64,000 nt of DNA from contig RSEE01000054.1 in NCBI GenBank assembly GCA_003971905.1, forward strand, positions 62,001-126,000, given 5' to 3'. Of the stretch, positions 49,188 to 61,752 are shown one piece after another. The notes beneath the pieces were generated by a model. It made no database searches. It was not told the DNA's origin and saw nothing but the letters and a program-made list of their open reading frames with translations. Positions within the stretch are counted from its first letter, which is position 1. The number at the start of each line of letters is the position of its first letter. The position numbers were made by a program, and so were the translations under genes. The stretch comes from Moniliella sp. 'wahieum'. Taxonomy: Eukaryota.

Positions 49188-49938
49188 TGGGACACTTACC
49201 ATCGTTGCAACGCTCACGCCGTGGGAGCGGAGCAGATTGGGCGTATAAGTGACCCCATATACCTCCCCTCTCCTCCCCCTCCCCTCCCTCACTTCCCCTC
49301 ACCTCACTTCCTTTTCTTGGCCCCATGGATAACCCTCTCATGTGTTGATACCCCCTCTCTTACCTCTCCTCCTCTGCTGGTGCTGTTTTCAATGCACTTG
49401 CCTCTGAACCTGCTCAGTCCTTCTTCCTACTTGAAGCTTGAAGCTTGACGAAAATGCCATGGGGCTGCGGCCCACTATCTAACGCCTGACGGTTGGTCTG
49501 GTGCCCTGCCCCGCTACGGCGCCGGGGGCTGTGTATGGTAGAGCTGCGCATAGATAGCCGCCCCTGCGCCGTGTCGTGCACGGGGTAAGGCGTGTGGCCG
49601 AGGGCTATACAGCCAACGGCGGAAGCTTGAAGCTTGTTGGTTGACGCTGGAAGGTGGAGGCTGGTCCGCCGCGCCGCCCGGACCTAAGCCTACCCTGGCC
49701 CTCGACCGCGGGATGCCGCGGCTGGGCGGGGCAGGCGAGCGTAGCAACCAGTGCGCTAAGCGAGCGCTGCTTGGTCGCTGCGGCGGCGCGCCTCGGGTGG
49801 AGCGTGCGGTTGTGTGTGTGGCCCGCCGCCCCCCCTCGCAGCTCGGCCAGGCCGAGGACCATAAAAGAGCAGGAGGAGAGTGCCCCCCCCCCCGCCGCCG
49901 CGCCCCCCACCGCACCCGACTCTGGTCCGCTTCGCGTC

Positions 49939-50928
49939 ATGGCCGCCGCTCCGCCCAAGTTCAATGTCCTGGCAGGCAAGCGCATCGTCATCTTTGGAGG
50001 CACGTCGGGCATTGGCCTAGCTGTTGCCCAGGGAGCTATTGAGGAGGGCGCGAGTGTCTTGGTGGTCAGCAGCTCGGCCACCAAGGTGGCCGATGCGGTG
50101 CGGCAACTGTCCGACCCCCATCTCACCTACAATGCCAGTCCCGCCCGCGCGTGCCGGCGCGACACTCGACCTGGCGCAAGGCGCGACGCTCGAAGCCAGC
50201 CTGGAACGCTTGTTTGCCCACCACTTGCCCAGCGCGTGGACGGGCGCGTGGACCACCTTGTCCATACCGCCGGACGCTTCCCCAAGAAGCACACGCTCAT
50301 CACCGATGTATCCTACCCGAGCTGCACGCCGTTGCCGACGCACGTCTGATCTCGGTCTTGCTCATCGCCAAGGTAGCGTCCAAGGTGTGGACCCAGGTGG
50401 GTCCTACACGCTCACCGGCGGCGCGTTCCATCTCAAGCCTCCTGCAGGTGGGATTGTACGTGGATTTCATGGTGGTGCAGGGTGGGGGGGGAAGGAAGGG
50501 CCGGATAAAGATTGACGTGTGTGTGGGTGCGGATAGGGCAGTGTGTTTGTCGGTGCGCTCGAGACGGCGGCACGCAGCATGTCGGTCGACTTTGCCAAGG
50601 TGGGCTTGCATGTGCGGGTCAATGTGGTGGCACCTGGGTTTTTCTGACGCCCCTGGCCAAGGACATGCCGCCGCCGCGGTCACCGCCCTGGGGCAGGCAA
50701 CGCTTTTGCCCCCCGGCAAAGTGACGGGACCCGAGATGATTGCCCAAACATACTGTACGTCTCCATCTCCGTCTACTTTTACGTTTACGTCTTGCTCGGC
50801 TCCTCGCTGGGGTGGGGCTGTGGTGGTGCACTGGAGGCTGACAGCTGTTGGCCAACAGTGGGAGTCATGAAAGACAGTTCGCTGGTGGTCAGTCCATCCG
50901 TTCCGAGGCGGGATGGCTTCTCAAGTAA
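49939..50928 (+). CDS. Short-chain dehydrogenase/reductase
   Basis: LAGKRIVIFGGTSGIGLAVA Rossmann motif, VDHLVHTAG, VRVNVVAPG; frameshifts and introns; TATA-like CATAAAA near 49860. Confidence 0.85.
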
Positions 50929-51257
50929 AGCCGAGATCGTCTCCAAGGCTGCCCAAGATCGGGTTTGCTCGCCATATAGCCTCCTGCCCTCTGTTCCCGT
51001 CCTCTCGTCCTCCTGTCCTCTCCTTCTGCGCGTTTCTACGTGAGACCGACGTTCTCATGTCCCTCTTAGCCCCAATGGCCACTGTGTATGTAGTACATGC
51101 ATCTCGTGCGCAGCACCCGAACCCATCTTATAGGCCCGAGGTTGCCAGCCAGTCATACTTACTACTCGCTCGTCGTTTCCCCTGGCCGAACCAGTTTCCT
51201 TCTGAGGGAGCAGAGTAGACGAAACCTAGAGTAGACAGTGGGTGCCATCACTACGCT

Positions 51258-54200
51258 TCACTTCGATCGTCTCGGAGAACCCCATCGGGAGTCAGAGTCA
51301 CAGGCGGGGGAAAAGATGACCAAAGCAAGGCCGAATAAGCAGGCGAGGGTTGGCCACGGATGGGTAGAGGCAGTGGGGGAAGGATGGTAAAAAATAGAGA
51401 CCAGAGGCACATTCCCTGCGAGCCTACCCACCTCTCCGGCAGCGACGGTCCCCTGCAGCCACAGCGCCGCCATGCTAGGCATAGGCGCTTGCCTCCTCGG
51501 CCAAGGCAGCCAGTTCATCTGCCATCTCTTCATCCTCATCGCGCATTGGCGCCGCTGGGCGGAAGAGGTAAGCGGCGGAGCGAAGACTTGCTGTTCCGTC
51601 GTCAGGGCCGCCTGGGCTTGCAGGTCCGCCAACATTGTCGCAAGCGCGCGGTGGCTGCCTTGGCTTCGGCCTGAACGGTGGCTTGGTGGGAGGAGACTTG
51701 GTCTCGTTGGCTGGCCAAGTAAAGTTGCTGCTCCATGAGCTGTTCTCGTGCCTCGTCCACGTCGCCCTCGACTTCGATGACCTGGGACTCGAGGTGGGCC
51801 AAGTGCCTGCGCGTCCGTTTGAGCCGTTGATTCAACTCGCTGGACCGAACCATGGCTTGGGTGCACTTTTCTGCCACTTGTTGGCGCTTGGTGCGAAGCG
51901 TGTGCGCCTCGAGCTTGGCCATCTCTTGCGACATGCCCACCACGCTCGTCTGGCTCGTCACCACCCGTGCAGACCAGCGCTCCTTCTCGCCGCGCAGAAT
52001 GAACGGCCCCGTGCAGAGACGCGGCAGATAACCATTGTTGGTCCCGTTTCGGCGCGTGGTAGGGTCCGGTGAGGCGCGCGGCAGTTCGACTTCAATCCGT
52101 TTGGCCAGCGCTTCGGGGGGAATGTCATCGGGATAGCCGGTGAGTGCCAAGGGTTCCCCCAGCGTCAGCTCCAATTCGAGGTTGATCGGTGCTAAGGGCG
52201 ATACGCTGCCTCCGATGCCAGTGCCGGGATGAGAGGAAGCAATGACGGTAGCCCCATGTGCATCGACCTCTTTGTCAAGGATGCAGTTGCCTAGAGCATC
52301 CACAAACGAATTGTAGGTGGCGCTGCGCATCAGCAGGTCCACCAGCGCATTGGGCAGCGTGAGCAGCACGCTTTGTGGCAACCGAGGTTCGACAACGAGG
52401 ACCAGCATCGAATGATGGATCACAGACAGCGTCGAATTCCTTTCGCCCTCGTACAAGCCAACCGGCAGAGGCCCCGACAAGGGCACCACCCACACGGGTT
52501 TGGCCAACAGAATGGACTTTTCACTGGGCGGCCGCCATTGGTCCTGCTCAACAAACGTGGCCAGTGCCGTGCGCACCCCCAAGGGGAGACGCGTGGCTTG
52601 GCGCACCTTTTGCGCCACGTACCGCCTCTGCGCAAGAGGAAGAGGGCGTGCCGTACCCAGCGGCGCACTGGGAGGCAACCGCTCCGGCGGAGCGGGGACC
52701 GCCCCAGACCAGGCACCAAGGTGTACCTCTCATCCGACAGCGGGCGAATTTCGTCCAGACGGTCCCCCACCTCAATCCCTTCTCTCTCCAACGTCGGCGA
52801 CCATTGGATGGGACGGGGATGGGGTCGCCAGTCCTGCCCATTCAGTCGGAGCGGAACTTCGGTCTCGCCAGGCAACCAAATGACCGTCTGATCAGGCGAA
52901 GGGTGGCCCTCCTCCTCCACAAGGAAGGCGACTGAGAGGAAGTAGTCTGGGGCGCACGAGAAGTTACTGGAGCGGGTGCGGGTGCGGAAGCGGGTGCGGG
53001 TGTGGGAGCGGGTGCGGAAGCGGGTGCGGAAGCGGGAGCGGGAGGCGATGCGGCGGTTCCCTGTGGCCGGGATGGTGGGATCGTTGGGCGGTGGGCGAGT
53101 TTCGGTGCCGGAATAGAAGGTTGAGGATCAGAAGGACGTGGAGGTTCAAAGGATCCCAGTTCCCCATCCGATTCATCCATAGCTTCCGGGGGAGAGATGA
53201 ACAACGGGGGAGACGCGCCCGTTCCTCTTCCATTTAGTGAGTCGTCAAACTCGTCCTGATGAGCGCTGATTGGAGTCAATGGTGACGAAGCTCGAGAGAC
53301 GTCACTTTGCACATCATCAGGGGGTATTTGCCCTGAAGAAACTGGAGAAGCAATCGTTTGGGTTTGTCGCAAGTCCAGTGACGCAGAGTCCCTCACCCCA
53401 GATTCCGTCGCCGAAGGTTTGGAAAGAGGAGGAGGCAACGGCCGCTCCTTGGCAGATGACGCCTTTGTCAGTTCCAACCGAGGCGGGGAGTGGGGCAGCA
53501 TCGAATGAAAGTCTTCCGGCTTGCCGAGGGATGAGATGGGCAGACGCGGTCGCTTATTGCGCGATTCAACCGACTCGTCCAGGGGACGTTTGCCTGTAAC
53601 TGGCTTCGAGGAGCCATGCATTGGTGCCTGGGGCAAAGTAAAAGTCAGAAAAGGAGTGCGGAAAAGTGGAGCAGAGCGAATAACTCACAGACGCTTCTCC
53701 AGTAGAAGCTAATTCTAGACGCTGGGTAGGATGGGATGAGGGGTTGGACGAAGAGGTGGACTGAAGGCTGGCCTGGGGATGGGACTGAAACTGGACTGGG
53801 GCTTGGATTCCCGCTTCGAAGCTCGCCCGAGCTCAGTGTGTGGAGCGGGTTCGGATACAGGCTCTGGTTTGTGTATCGGCTGGGGCGCCACTGCGGGCGC
53901 TGGATGAAGGTCGGATTGGGGCGGGGGGCTGGAGGAGGAGCAGGAGGGGACAGCTGGGGCTGGAGATCGCGTAGAGCGGGAGGCGGAGGCGGAGTGCCTG
54001 GTCGATGCCGAGGACAGTAGTTCGGTCCTGCTTGTCGAGTGACGCGGCATGGATGTTGGCCATGAGGAGGCTGCGGCGCAGGCGGGAGGGGGCGAGTGTG
54101 GAGGGGAGGGTCCATTGGGTGGAGGGGGGGGGAGGGGGCGCGGGGTTGGGCGGAGGGGCCGGGATGCGGGGGCGGAGGCGGTGGTCTTGGCCCTGGCGGG

Positions 54201-54278
54201 GCTCTGGGTGGCGGAGGCGGATCTGCGCGCCGAGGGAGCACGGCTGCTGGTGCGCGATCTGTGATGGCGGCTGGCCAT
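51258..54278 (-). CDS. Hypothetical Pro-rich protein with C-terminal coiled coil (frameshifted, intron-containing)
   Basis: Chain of minus-strand ORFs; heptad-like segment QEMAKLEAHTLRTKRQQVAEK...HLESQVIEVEGDVDEAREQL; no family recognised. Confidence 0.5.
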
Positions 54279-54520
54279 CGTGGAGCAACAGGTGGCGGTG
54301 GTGGGCTGGGCGTGGGTGGTGTTGTGCGCAAGATAAATCCCGCGCGGCCGACTAAACGCCTCGACTTGTGCTTCGACCCGAGGCAGGCGGGATTGAATAT
54401 TGGTTGCCTTGCGAGTGCCCGTCCAGCGCGTGCGGCTTCCCATTTCAAGTTTTCTGCGGGTTGCAGTTTTCATGCCAATCAGCGACCACCTGTCCCGAGC
54501 TATCCAACCCGGTGACCAAC

Positions 54521-54620
54521 GGTCGGATGGTCTAGCTGGTCATGACGTACGCTTCACATCCTGGAGCAACAGGTCTCGTTGAGACGCGTAAGGTCCCCGG
54601 TTCGATCCCGGGTTCGATCA
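54521..54620 (+). tRNA. tRNA-Val(CAC) with 26-nt intron (54559-54584)
   Basis: Acceptor stem GGTCGGA/TTCGATC, anticodon stem TACGC/GCGTA with loop TT-CAC-A^C, T-arm GGTTCGATCC. Confidence 0.95.
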
Positions 54621-54625
54621 TTTTT
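54621..54625 (+). terminator. RNA polymerase III terminator (T5)
   Basis: TTTTT immediately after the tRNA discriminator base. Confidence 0.8.
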
Positions 54626-54983
54626 GCTTTAGAACACCCTGCCGTAGCACAACTATGCCCTGGCATTTCAACATTTCGATTTGGGTCGCCTCTCTGCCAG
54701 TGCTTTTCGCATCACGCGTGCGGCTGATCACGCATCTTTTGATCGATGCGGCGCTGGCCTCGAGTCGATCTGGCACTCCGCCCATGGCTCTCTCCGAATC
54801 GTACCATCATCTCCCCATGCATGCATGGCACGACACAACACGACAGGACACGTGCTCAGGAGATTCGTTGGATAGCGTGTGGCTGGCTACCTCCAAGTCC
54901 AGCAATGGATACTTGATCCAGGGAGTATGTGCGCCGGTGGTGGCGTTTGGTTATTCTGCTCTTTTCCCGTTGAGACGGATGCC

Positions 54984-55208
54984 TGTTCAGCCACCCGGTG
55001 GTTCGTGTGCTTTGGTCAACTACGTCCCTGCAATTCCTCAGGCCTCAGGCCTAGGAGTTCCGTTGATTTCTCTCCCGTGTTTTCCTTGTTCCGTGGCCCC
55101 TGGTGGCGATTCGCTGGTTGTTCCTCTGTAGTCGTTGCTGGTTGGCTTAGACCACCACCAGTGCGATTGCATCGCCCTCGAAGACAATCAGGACTCCGGG
55201 TCTCATCA
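54984..55208 (+). mobile_element. Solo LTR (225 bp) with 5-bp TSD
   Basis: TG...CA ends; ATGCC at 54979-54983 and 55209-55213; homologous to 44984-45219. Confidence 0.88.
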
Positions 55209-55889
55209 ATGCCTGTGGCAAAGGCCGGAGGCCCCGGCCTCTCAGTCTGAGGAGTCAGCCTGACTAGTGACTAGTGACTATTGACTGGGTGGGGTGGTCT
55301 TTCCAACTCTGGGGTGTCTGTGAATAGAGGACGAGGCCCAAATCCCGCCCCAAGGCTTGGTTTGGCGAGAGACTTACATACGCACACGGCCAGGCGGAAC
55401 GAGGTTATTACAGTGCGAGTCGTCCGTCCCCTATAAACGCAGTGGCCCGACACCACCCAAACTCCACGTATTAGTAGCGGGTGTGCGCTGAAGTGCCGAG
55501 GCACACTGAGGTCTGAGGCTGAGGCCGTCTGGGTCTTCTGAGGCCTGAGGGGACGAACGTTTGTCGATGTTGGCCAAGGACAAGTATCACTGGTGGCTCA
55601 TCTCATCGATTGCTTGCTCGAGCTCAGCAGCGCACAGCCAGCGCCTGCCATCGCCCCGCCCGGCCTGTGTGCCAACCGTGACCGTCACACTAGCAGCGCC
55701 GCACTGCACCACCGCTCCTGCACGGACCATCCTGTTTCGAAGGTACCTGCGTACGCCTAAGACCCTGCGCATCTGGCCTGAGGCGCCTGAAACCCAGCTT
55801 CATCAACTGCATCATCTCCGGTTTGCGGGTGAGATCTTTCCTGTCATGCCCCGGGGTAGCCCAGTTCGCCCCCCCACCACACCATCGCC

Positions 55890-56929
55890 ATGTCTTCATC
55901 CCAACCCAAGTCGGCCCCGTCGTCTGAAGACCCTGCCCGACTAGCCGCGCTGCACCAACGCATTGCGGCGCTCGAAGCCGAGGTGGCTGAGCTCAAGCGC
56001 ACGCTCCCTCCGCCAGCCAAGGTGGTCGCGGTGCCCTCCCCGGTTCCCCTGCCGCCCCCGTCTCCTCCTTTGCCGCAGCCCTGCCCCAGCCGGCCCGCTT
56101 TGCGCCTAACTGGGATCAGCAAGTTTCCACGTTTGCTGAAACAGGTCTCAAGCCGGAGCTGGTGTCGGCTCTGCGTGAGAATGGGTACGACTAGCATGCT
56201 CCCTCTTTCGTCCGACACTGAGGCCCCGTTCTTTATTCGTGTTGCTGACTCCCAATTCCCCTTCCAGGTTCATCAAACCGACCGCGCTGCAGTCAACGGC
56301 CATTGTGCCGCTGATTCAGGGCAAGACGATGCTCTTGCAGTGCCCGGCTGGCGGTGGCCGTACAATCAGTTATGCTCTGAGTGCGCTTCAAGCAATTGAC
56401 CCCAACAGCAAGCACGTCCAAGTTCTCATCCTGGCTGCCTCTAAGGAGCGAGCCGCACAGATTGTCCACGATATTCGTGCCTTGTCAGGTGGTATTTGGG
56501 GGGCCAGTGATTCGGACGATGACGTTGCCAGTCGAGTGTACTCTTGCTTGCCAGGCACCAAGACGGACACTGACCGCCATGCCCTATCTGCCCGCCCGAA
56601 TTGCGTGGTGGGCACGCCTGGACGGGTGTTCCATTTGCTGGACCGAGCGCATCTGCCCATCTCGCACTTGCGCCTGCTCATTGCCGACGAAGTGGATGAC
56701 TTACTTACCACCTTCCGCCAGCTCGTGATGGAGATTATGCGCTTCCTCCCCTCCCCGGACCGCGGACCATGGCTTACAGACAGTCTGGGGGGCGGACCAC
56801 TTTAACAGCAAACTCCTCTCCGGCGCACTTCAGTTCGCTCCGAACCCGACAATGTGTGCCGTTCGACGCAAGGATGGGGTCTGGCGCGTGGTCACGGTCA
56901 AGAAGGACGCTGAGCAGGCGAAGATGTAA
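55890..56929 (+). CDS. Degenerate eIF4A-like DEAD-box protein, N-terminal RecA domain only
   Basis: Q-motif FIKPTALQ, motif I PAGGGRT, Ia-like ASKERAAQI, Ib TPGRV, II DEVD; intron 56185-56268; stop near 56929. Confidence 0.7.
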
Positions 56930-57650
56930 GGGCGTATCTTGCACCCAGCCATGTGCTATTCCCAAGCCTGTATCATGCACAGCAGGGCGTTTTTCAGTGT
57001 CTGCCTACTATTTCTTTTGCTACAATCATAACGCGTAACTATCCTTCATGTTGGCGAGGAAATGCTGGTTCGATCTGGTAATCTGCAAACGGTGAATACA
57101 GCTACACTGCATTAGCTGATCTACCTGATAGTGCTTCGATCTGTGTGCGGCCTGAATACTAGTTCGGATCTTCCAACAGTGTTCAGACTTGGTCGACCGT
57201 AAGATCCTCATCTAAAGACTCGTCCAGTAGGTACTTTGGCGTGCAGGCATGAATGTTCCGGTCTTCTCCAGGAGCTTCACGGCGAGTGGTCTCCGCGATC
57301 AGGCATGCTATCACAACGAAGTAAGCGTCATACACGAGCAGCTACAGCACGTCGACCTGCTCCGGTCATGAAGTTGATGCAGCTCAGACTTTCCAATTTA
57401 CCCAGCTAACCAGCCTGTTCAGACGGACGCAGGACACAGGCTACCCAAGGCTACCCGGACCTTCTCGACATGGGCCCAAGGAATGCTTGTCACCCACAAT
57501 GACCACTTGGTATGCACCCCATTATGCCCGGTCCAAGTTAACCATTCTTCCCTGGCGTGCCCTTGCCAAAACACCTACACAAGTGTGCAACAACAATGGT
57601 CCGCGATGAACAGGTTGTGTATGCATATAAATCGTCCAGCACCATTCACG

Positions 57651-58690
57651 TCAATGCTTGCCGCCGGCCTTGATCATGTCCAAGAACGAGTCTTTCGATG
57701 CAAGACTCTTTTTCGTCCCTGGTGCCAGCGGGGGCTTTCCCATAACACTCCGCACCAGTCCAGACGTCTCCTCCTCCTCTGGAGGGGCAGCCGCTTGGCG
57801 CTGGGAGTCACGGATGACATTGAACAGCTTAACGACACCACGTTGTGCCACTTTGCGTAGCCGCTTCTCGTACCCACCCGAACCACCTTGGTCATCCCAT
57901 GCGGCTAGAGCGTCATCATCCAAAGGATTGCACCCCAGCGCAGGAGTAAGGGCGCCATCATAATTGACCACCTGCCCTGGTGGACCCCAAGAAGAGATGA
58001 CGTCCTTTACATGGGTCAATTCAAAAGCCTTCTTGCGCTCGGCTACCAGCTCCCGTTCCGCCTTCGAAGCAAGTGATGCCTTGGCGCCTGCACGATTGAT
58101 GTGCGGGCAAGAGCAAGGATGGGTCCCTGGGTCGAAGTAGTTTGTGCAGAAGGGGAAGAGACTCGAGCACGCTTCGCTGGCTGCGCAGGCACTTCGTGCG
58201 CTTCATCCTCCTCAACCTGCGAATCGGGGTCGTCCGCCTCAATACCCTGGTCAGAAGACGGCTGCGACCCTCCTCGTCTTCGTGGGCTAGAGCCACGGGC
58301 ATTGGCGCGGACGACCCGAGAAGGTCGAGAAGAGTGGCACCAAAAGCGGTCGGAGACACAGCGCGGCGTTTACGTTCTGTCAACATGATGGGGTTAGTGG
58401 TGTAAATTTAACAGGTAGTAGGTGAGTGGTGAAAGCATACTCTGGGTTTTCTTGCTCTTAGGGGCAGCATGGGCGGCACGAATTTCGTCCTCCGTGTCTG
58501 GTTCCGACTCGCTCTCGGACGCGCTAGAGTCTGAATCGGCATCGTTGTCGCTAGCAGGGTTCCGTTGTGGGGGCGGCCGGCGGCCAAGGGTGGAAGATGG
58601 CCTGGACGGGGCCAGCGCGCATGGAAAACTTAGACTTTGGTTGGGCCTGTCACCAGTGGGGTGTGAAGAGCGGGGGTGGGGCTTGGCCAT
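57651..58690 (-). CDS. RRP15: rRNA processing protein RRP15
   Basis: [23 protein letters not shown] and C-terminal [10 protein letters not shown] match the Rrp15p family; acidic N-terminus; one intron near 58380-58437. Confidence 0.85.
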
Positions 58691-58996
58691 GGCGGCAACT
58701 CAGAGGTGGTGCTTGTTGAAGCTGTGGATGTGCGTGGGTGCCATCAATTCATTCAAATGTCAATAACAACAAGTGGGGATTCCGAAAAAAAATATGGGAG
58801 GCGGGGGCGGAACGAATGGGTGGAATCGCGGGGGATGTACCCTGAGGTACCGCGAATTGCACCGACTGTCGATAGTCGCCGGACCCACTATCGCAGCCCA
58901 ATCTGGATGCGCCAGGGCCAAACGACTGCGTGGCCAATTCAACACCCAGCCGCCACTCCCGTCTCCACTTTCGTTGCCGCTACCTCCGTGTCTGTC

Positions 58997-60444
58997 ATGT
59001 CTAACAAGATCGACGTGCGTTTTTTCCCCTTCCTCGCATCCTTCCTAACGCCCTCACCCTCTTTTCTCTCCTGCACAGAAAGCGATCGAGCTCGTCCAGA
59101 AAGCGATCGAGGAAGACACAAAGCAGAACTACGAGGAGGCCTACAAGCTCTACCAGAATGCGCTCGACTTTTTTATGTTGGCACTCAAGTACGAGAAGAA
59201 CGACAGGCTCAAGACATGATCAAGAAAAAGATCACCGAGTACCTTGACCGTGCCGAGCAACTCAAATCCTATCTTGCCAAGCAGAATGAGGCTCAGTCCC
59301 GCCGCGCCGTTGGTGCCGATGGCGGTGGCAAGTCTGTCGGTGGTACAACGGGTGGAAAACACGATGACAAAGACGGTGTGGATGAGGAGACTAAGAAGCT
59401 CCGGGCGGGCCTTAGCTCAGCCATTCTTTCTGAGAAACCCAACGTACACTGGGACGACATTGCTGGTCTGGCTACTGCCAAGGAGGCGCTGAAAGAGGCC
59501 GTTATTATGCCCATCCTTCTCCCTCACCTCTTTACAGGAAAGCGCACTCCTTGGCGTGGTATTCTTCTTTACGGGCCACCAGGAACTGGTAAGAGCTTTT
59601 TGGCCAAGGCGTTGTAGCGACTGAGGCCAAATGCACCTTCTTTTCGGTCAGCTCGTCCGACCTGGTGAGCAAGTGGATGGGCGAGTCGGAGAGGCTGGTC
59701 AAGCAGCTCTTTGCCATGGCTCGCGAGTCCAAACCATCAATCATTTTCATCGATGAGGTCGATTCTCTTTGCGGGACGCGAGGTGAAGGAGAATCGGAGG
59801 CCTCTCGTCGGATTAAGACCGAGTTCTTGGTCCAGATGAACGGCGTGGGTAATGAGAACTCCGGCATCCTGGTCTTGGGTGCCACCAACATTCCTTGGGC
59901 TCTCGACATTGCGATTAAGCGGCGATTTGAGAAACGCATCTACATCCCTCTCCCGGACGTCCATGCTCGGCAAAAGATGTTCGAACTCAATGTGGGATCC
60001 ACACCTTGCCAACTGGCGCATTCTGATTGGCACCGTCTCGCGGTGGATACAGATGGGTATTCAGGATCGGATATTTCGGTATTGGTGCGTGACGCGATCA
60101 TGCAACCCTGCGCAAAGTGTCACGAGCGACGCACTTTAAGCAGATTCAGGCCCCCGAACGTCCCTCCCCAGAGGAACTGCGGGCGCAGGATTCGGACGGG
60201 CCTGAACCGGCTGAAACGGATTCGCATCCAGTAGATGAGGAGGTCACCACGCTCAGACATACTGGATGCCCCTGGGGACCACAGGCAGTGGAGAAGTCTT
60301 GGACCGAAGTTGATCCTACCGAGTTGATGGAGCCTCCGATCGTTTACGGAGACTTCGTCAAGGCCATCGCCTCCACGCCCCGACAGTTACACCGCCGACA
60401 TTGAGAAGCATGCCGAGTTCACTCAGGACGCCGGGATGGAGTAA
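58997..60444 (+). CDS. VPS4: AAA ATPase VPS4 (MIT + AAA)
   Basis: [93 protein letters not shown]; intron 59015-59077. Confidence 0.96.
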
Positions 60445-61184
60445 GAGTATTCCCGGCCAACTAGATGCCCACCTACATTATATGTTCAAACTCGATTTAA
60501 GCAACACTGCCGTAGTAATGATATCTTGCAAAGCCCAAGTAGCACATATCATCCGTCAAAGTTCTCTGCCTAGTAAATGTGATCATTGTTGTCCCACGCT
60601 GTAGCGCACTCGTTGGCTGAACCAGCGAGCAGGTCCTCGAGGTCTTCGAGGGATCCAACAGCTGGGGAAAAGGGTATGCCACCAATCAGTCCTTCTCTCT
60701 AGTAGGGACGAAAAAAAACACCAGATCATGTCAATCATCATCAATCACAGTGAGCAGCATGAGCAAGAGTGGGGTGTAGGCCTGCTTTTCGACCAGATAG
60801 TATGTGTATATCAAGCCGATGAGTCTCGTACCGTGGCAGATCATCTCGAACATCCATCATTCCCATGTTAGTCCAACGGCGTTCCATGACTTCAAGCTTA
60901 CGGTTACGCGTTAACAAGCAAAACACACGCAGGATGAACGGCTCCGTTTAGACCCAGCGTTTCTTGTCCCAGCCTTAACCTCGTCAATGATATGGTTGCA
61001 GTATAGACATGTCGATGAGCTACAGAGAGGCTAGAGAATAGCCCTGCCCTCCAGGAAGGATATTGGAAGGAATACTACACCTGAGGACAAAAGCTTGGGC
61101 TAGACTAGTTGGGCGCGGCCCGCCACACTTCCTGATGATTGAGATCGCAGAAGAGCACACAAGACAAGCAGGACGAGGGTACTC

Positions 61185-61752
61185 TCAACGTTGGGTGTTG
61201 AGTGTTGAGTGTTGAGCCTCAACGTTGAGCGTTGAGCTTCGCTTCGCTTTGAATACCACTGGTGGCGTATATAGTGGTGCCTCATATATCTCAGTTTTCA
61301 GTGTACTCAGATGGAGTGCTATAGACTGAACTCAATAATCGGAGGCCACCATTTAGTACTTGGCATCTGTCGAGTACGTTGAGTACGTAGAGTCCAGATC
61401 TCAGATCTAAGACATTCATACATTCACGCGTCACGCGTCACGTCAGATCATCGATCATCTCGATCATCGCCCATCGTGCATCGATCCTTCCTGTGTGATC
61501 GATGTGATACAGGATTCAGTATGTGTGACGGATGAGGTCGATGAGGCCCTGAAGCTGCCGTGAAGATCTGAGATCCTGAGATCCCCGAGATCCTGAGATA
61601 TCTCGTCTCTCAGAATCTCTGGCCTCTCATGCTCAGGTGCTCAGGCTAGGCCTTGTGGTCCTAGTACTACGTTCGAATGCACTTTTCTGGCCGTCTCCAG
61701 GGCATAATAGTATGTCATTGATGTCACTTGTCACATGTCACACGTCATATAT
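61185..61752. repeat. Heptamer-palindrome arrays upstream of the Ran1-like kinase
   Basis: TCAACGTTGA; (TGAGTGT)n; TCA-CGCG-TCA-CGCG-TCA 61424-61440; TCATCGATCA; TCA-CTTG-TCA-CATG-TCA-CACG-TCA-TATA-T 61724-61752. Confidence 0.88.

Noticed and set aside
54521..55208. tRNA-targeted integration of the solo LTR
   Set aside because: The LTR is about 360 bp downstream of the tRNA and the other family copies have no tRNA nearby.
11500..58690. Ribosome-biogenesis gene cluster (NOP2, NMD3, NOP1, RRP15)
   Set aside because: The genes are spread over 47 kb among unrelated housekeeping genes; compatible with chance.
60600..61100. Short minus-strand ORFs downstream of VPS4
   Set aside because: No supportable homology.
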